Shown here in pieces: positions 48,867-49,994 of a stretch of 49,994 nucleotides of DNA. Source of the stretch: Candidatus Nomurabacteria bacterium (GTDB lineage: Bacteria; Patescibacteriota; Dojkabacteria; SC72; JAHDCA01); assembly GCA_020632375.1 (NCBI GenBank), contig JACKFR010000002.1:1-49994 (forward strand), read 5' to 3'. Position 1 is the first letter of the stretch, and each line of letters opens with the position of its first letter. The position numbers were made by a program, and so were the translations under genes. The notes below the pieces were generated by a model. The model saw only the letters and a program-made list of their open reading frames with translations, searched no databases and had not been told where the DNA came from.

Positions 48867-49467
48867 TTTTCTTTGCTTGATAAATTAAGGCAATTGCTTC
48901 TTCTTCGTTGCCTTCATCGAACAGAGCAACGACCTTTTCGAAGTCTTCTTTTGGCAGCTGAGATAGGTGCATTACAATTTCAGATTCTTTTTCAATTGCT
49001 TGGGTAAGTTCTTTTGTTGCGGTTTCTAATTCGGCATCAAATACATCGTCAAAGGTTTTTTGCATGACAGCTTCACAGAAATGATTAAGCAAAACGAATT
49101 GCTGGAGGACATTGGGTTTGTGGAGTAAAAGATTGTTCCACTTAGCTTTTACTTCAGGTGGCATCGCTTTGCTGATTTTGTCTTCAGATCTTAACAGTGC
49201 GACATCTGTAACCTTACCCACTATATCTAAGACTGTTTCTTCGCTGACTCCCCTACTTTTGAGAAACTCAATGAGTTTCGTGAGTCGATCTTGGCCTTTG
49301 GTGAGTTTGAAAAAGTCATCGTCCAGGCCTCGAAGCATTTCTGCTATTTCTTTAGAATCAGCATCGCCTTGAGTTTCAAGGTCACTTGCAATTTGCATCA
49401 CCTGGTCTTTAGTAAGATTGAAGATCTGATTGAGATCTTCAGGGAATTTGAAGTCTGAGTTGGCCAT
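48835..49467 (-). CDS. Hypothetical acidic all-helical protein (possibly DUF5663-like)
   Basis: 210 aa, no TM. Overlaps the giant gene start by 32 nt. The DUF5663 resemblance is only a recalled pattern. Confidence 0.78.
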   Translation of the reverse strand: MANSDFKFPEDLNQIFNLTKDQVMQIASDLETQGDADSKEIAEMLRGLDDDFFKLTKGQDRLTKLIEFLKSRGVSEETVLDIVGKVTDVALLRSEDKISKAMPPEVKAKWNNLLLHKPNVLQQFVLLNHFCEAVMQKTFDDVFDAELETATKELTQAIEKESEIVMHLSQLPKEDFEKVVALFDEGNEEEAIALIYQAKKNANAQSISQS

Positions 49468-49509
49468 AGTTTATAAGGCAGTTTAGAAGTTATTAATACT
49501 TTCTCTACC

Positions 49510-49538
49510 AATATATATAGTAGAAAGGGGTGTGTCAA
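49510..49538 (-). promoter_or_regulatory. Near-consensus sigma70 promoter of the giant-protein unit
   Basis: TTGACA (49538-49533), 17-bp spacer, TATATT (49515-49510), about 43 nt upstream of the ATG at 49467. Confidence 0.75.
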
Positions 49539-49668
49539 ACAAAAGTTCCCCTTTGAGGTAGGGTTTTGGAAGGTTTCTGGTGGCTTTTGGCGGTTGGCTT
49601 GAGTGGGTTTGAGGAGGACGAGAAGGAATGGCTTGAGGGAGGCTTTGATATGGGCTTTTATCCGGAGT

Positions 49669-49994
49669 TTATCTTAAACGTAAAACACCGTTTATGGTTT
49701 CTGCGAGATCACCGTTTGAGATGTCTGCAGGATGGGTGTTGAAGAGGATTCCAGGTCGGTGCCCATATAGTCTTAAATAACTTAAAATCTGACCTACATG
49801 AGGAAGTCGTAAAGTGGATACACTTAACGGTACTCCCATTGTTACTGACATGGCCGTTTTTTGTCCAAATGTGTGATTCTCGGGATTATCATCGGTTGCG
49901 AAAGGAGATATTTCAATTTCACCTATTAATTCTGGATTTGTTAACACAAATGTCACGATTTTGCTTAAGGCATCTGAATAAGTGTAGCTTGGAT
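49669..49994 (-). CDS. 3' end of a hypothetical protein truncated by the window edge
   Basis: The frame of the 49669-49956 ORF stays open to the window end (...PSYTYSDALSKIVTFVLTNPE...). Confidence 0.65.
   Translation of the reverse strand, partial: PSYTYSDALSKIVTFVLTNPELIGEIEISPFATDDNPENHTFGQKTAMSVTMGVPLSVSTLRLPHVGQILSYLRLYGHRPGILFNTHPADISNGDLAETINGVLRLR

Overview
Mostly housekeeping chromosome from a small-genome bacterium. The gene set suggests CPR/Patescibacteria, with Dojkabacteria (WS6) a plausible but unproven guess. Markers for this are an archaeal-type AMP phosphorylase with ribose-1,5-bisphosphate isomerase, a VirD4/TrwB-like ATPase, a LytR_C protein, a divergent Lgt and near-leaderless promoters. 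1-14 kb holds accessory and salvage genes: a GH10-like hydrolase, AstE/AspA, MgtC-DUF4010, the CCA enzyme, an EEP hydrolase, a beta-CASP nuclease / R15P isomerase / AMP phosphorylase operon and a transglutaminase-like protein. 14-38 kb is core, mostly on the + strand: ychF, rpsF-ssb-rpsR, a GlmL-like gene pair, ctpA, htrA, prmC-prfA-rpmE, a Cys-less CsoR with its operator, dnaB, tRNA-Leu(CAA), lgt-like/lspA/rluD-like and yebC-ruvCAB. At 38.1 kb a 28-bp dif-like site sits just upstream of a Xer-family recombinase, and gene orientation flips to the - strand after that gene. The right end is a putative transcription unit behind a near-consensus sigma70 promoter. It runs from a 210-aa helical protein to a giant (~2,450-codon) protein with Gly/Ala hydrophobic hairpins, a LysM-like motif and (PTP)/(SP)/(EVPPA-EESPA) repeats, and then to a ppGalNAc-T-like GT2-TPR glycosyltransferase. 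The giant gene is broken by indels only inside its repeats. This unit is the best candidate for an undescribed mucin-like glycosylated surface-protein system. No CRISPR, rRNA, IS or prophage was seen. All family assignments come from motif recognition by eye, not database searches.
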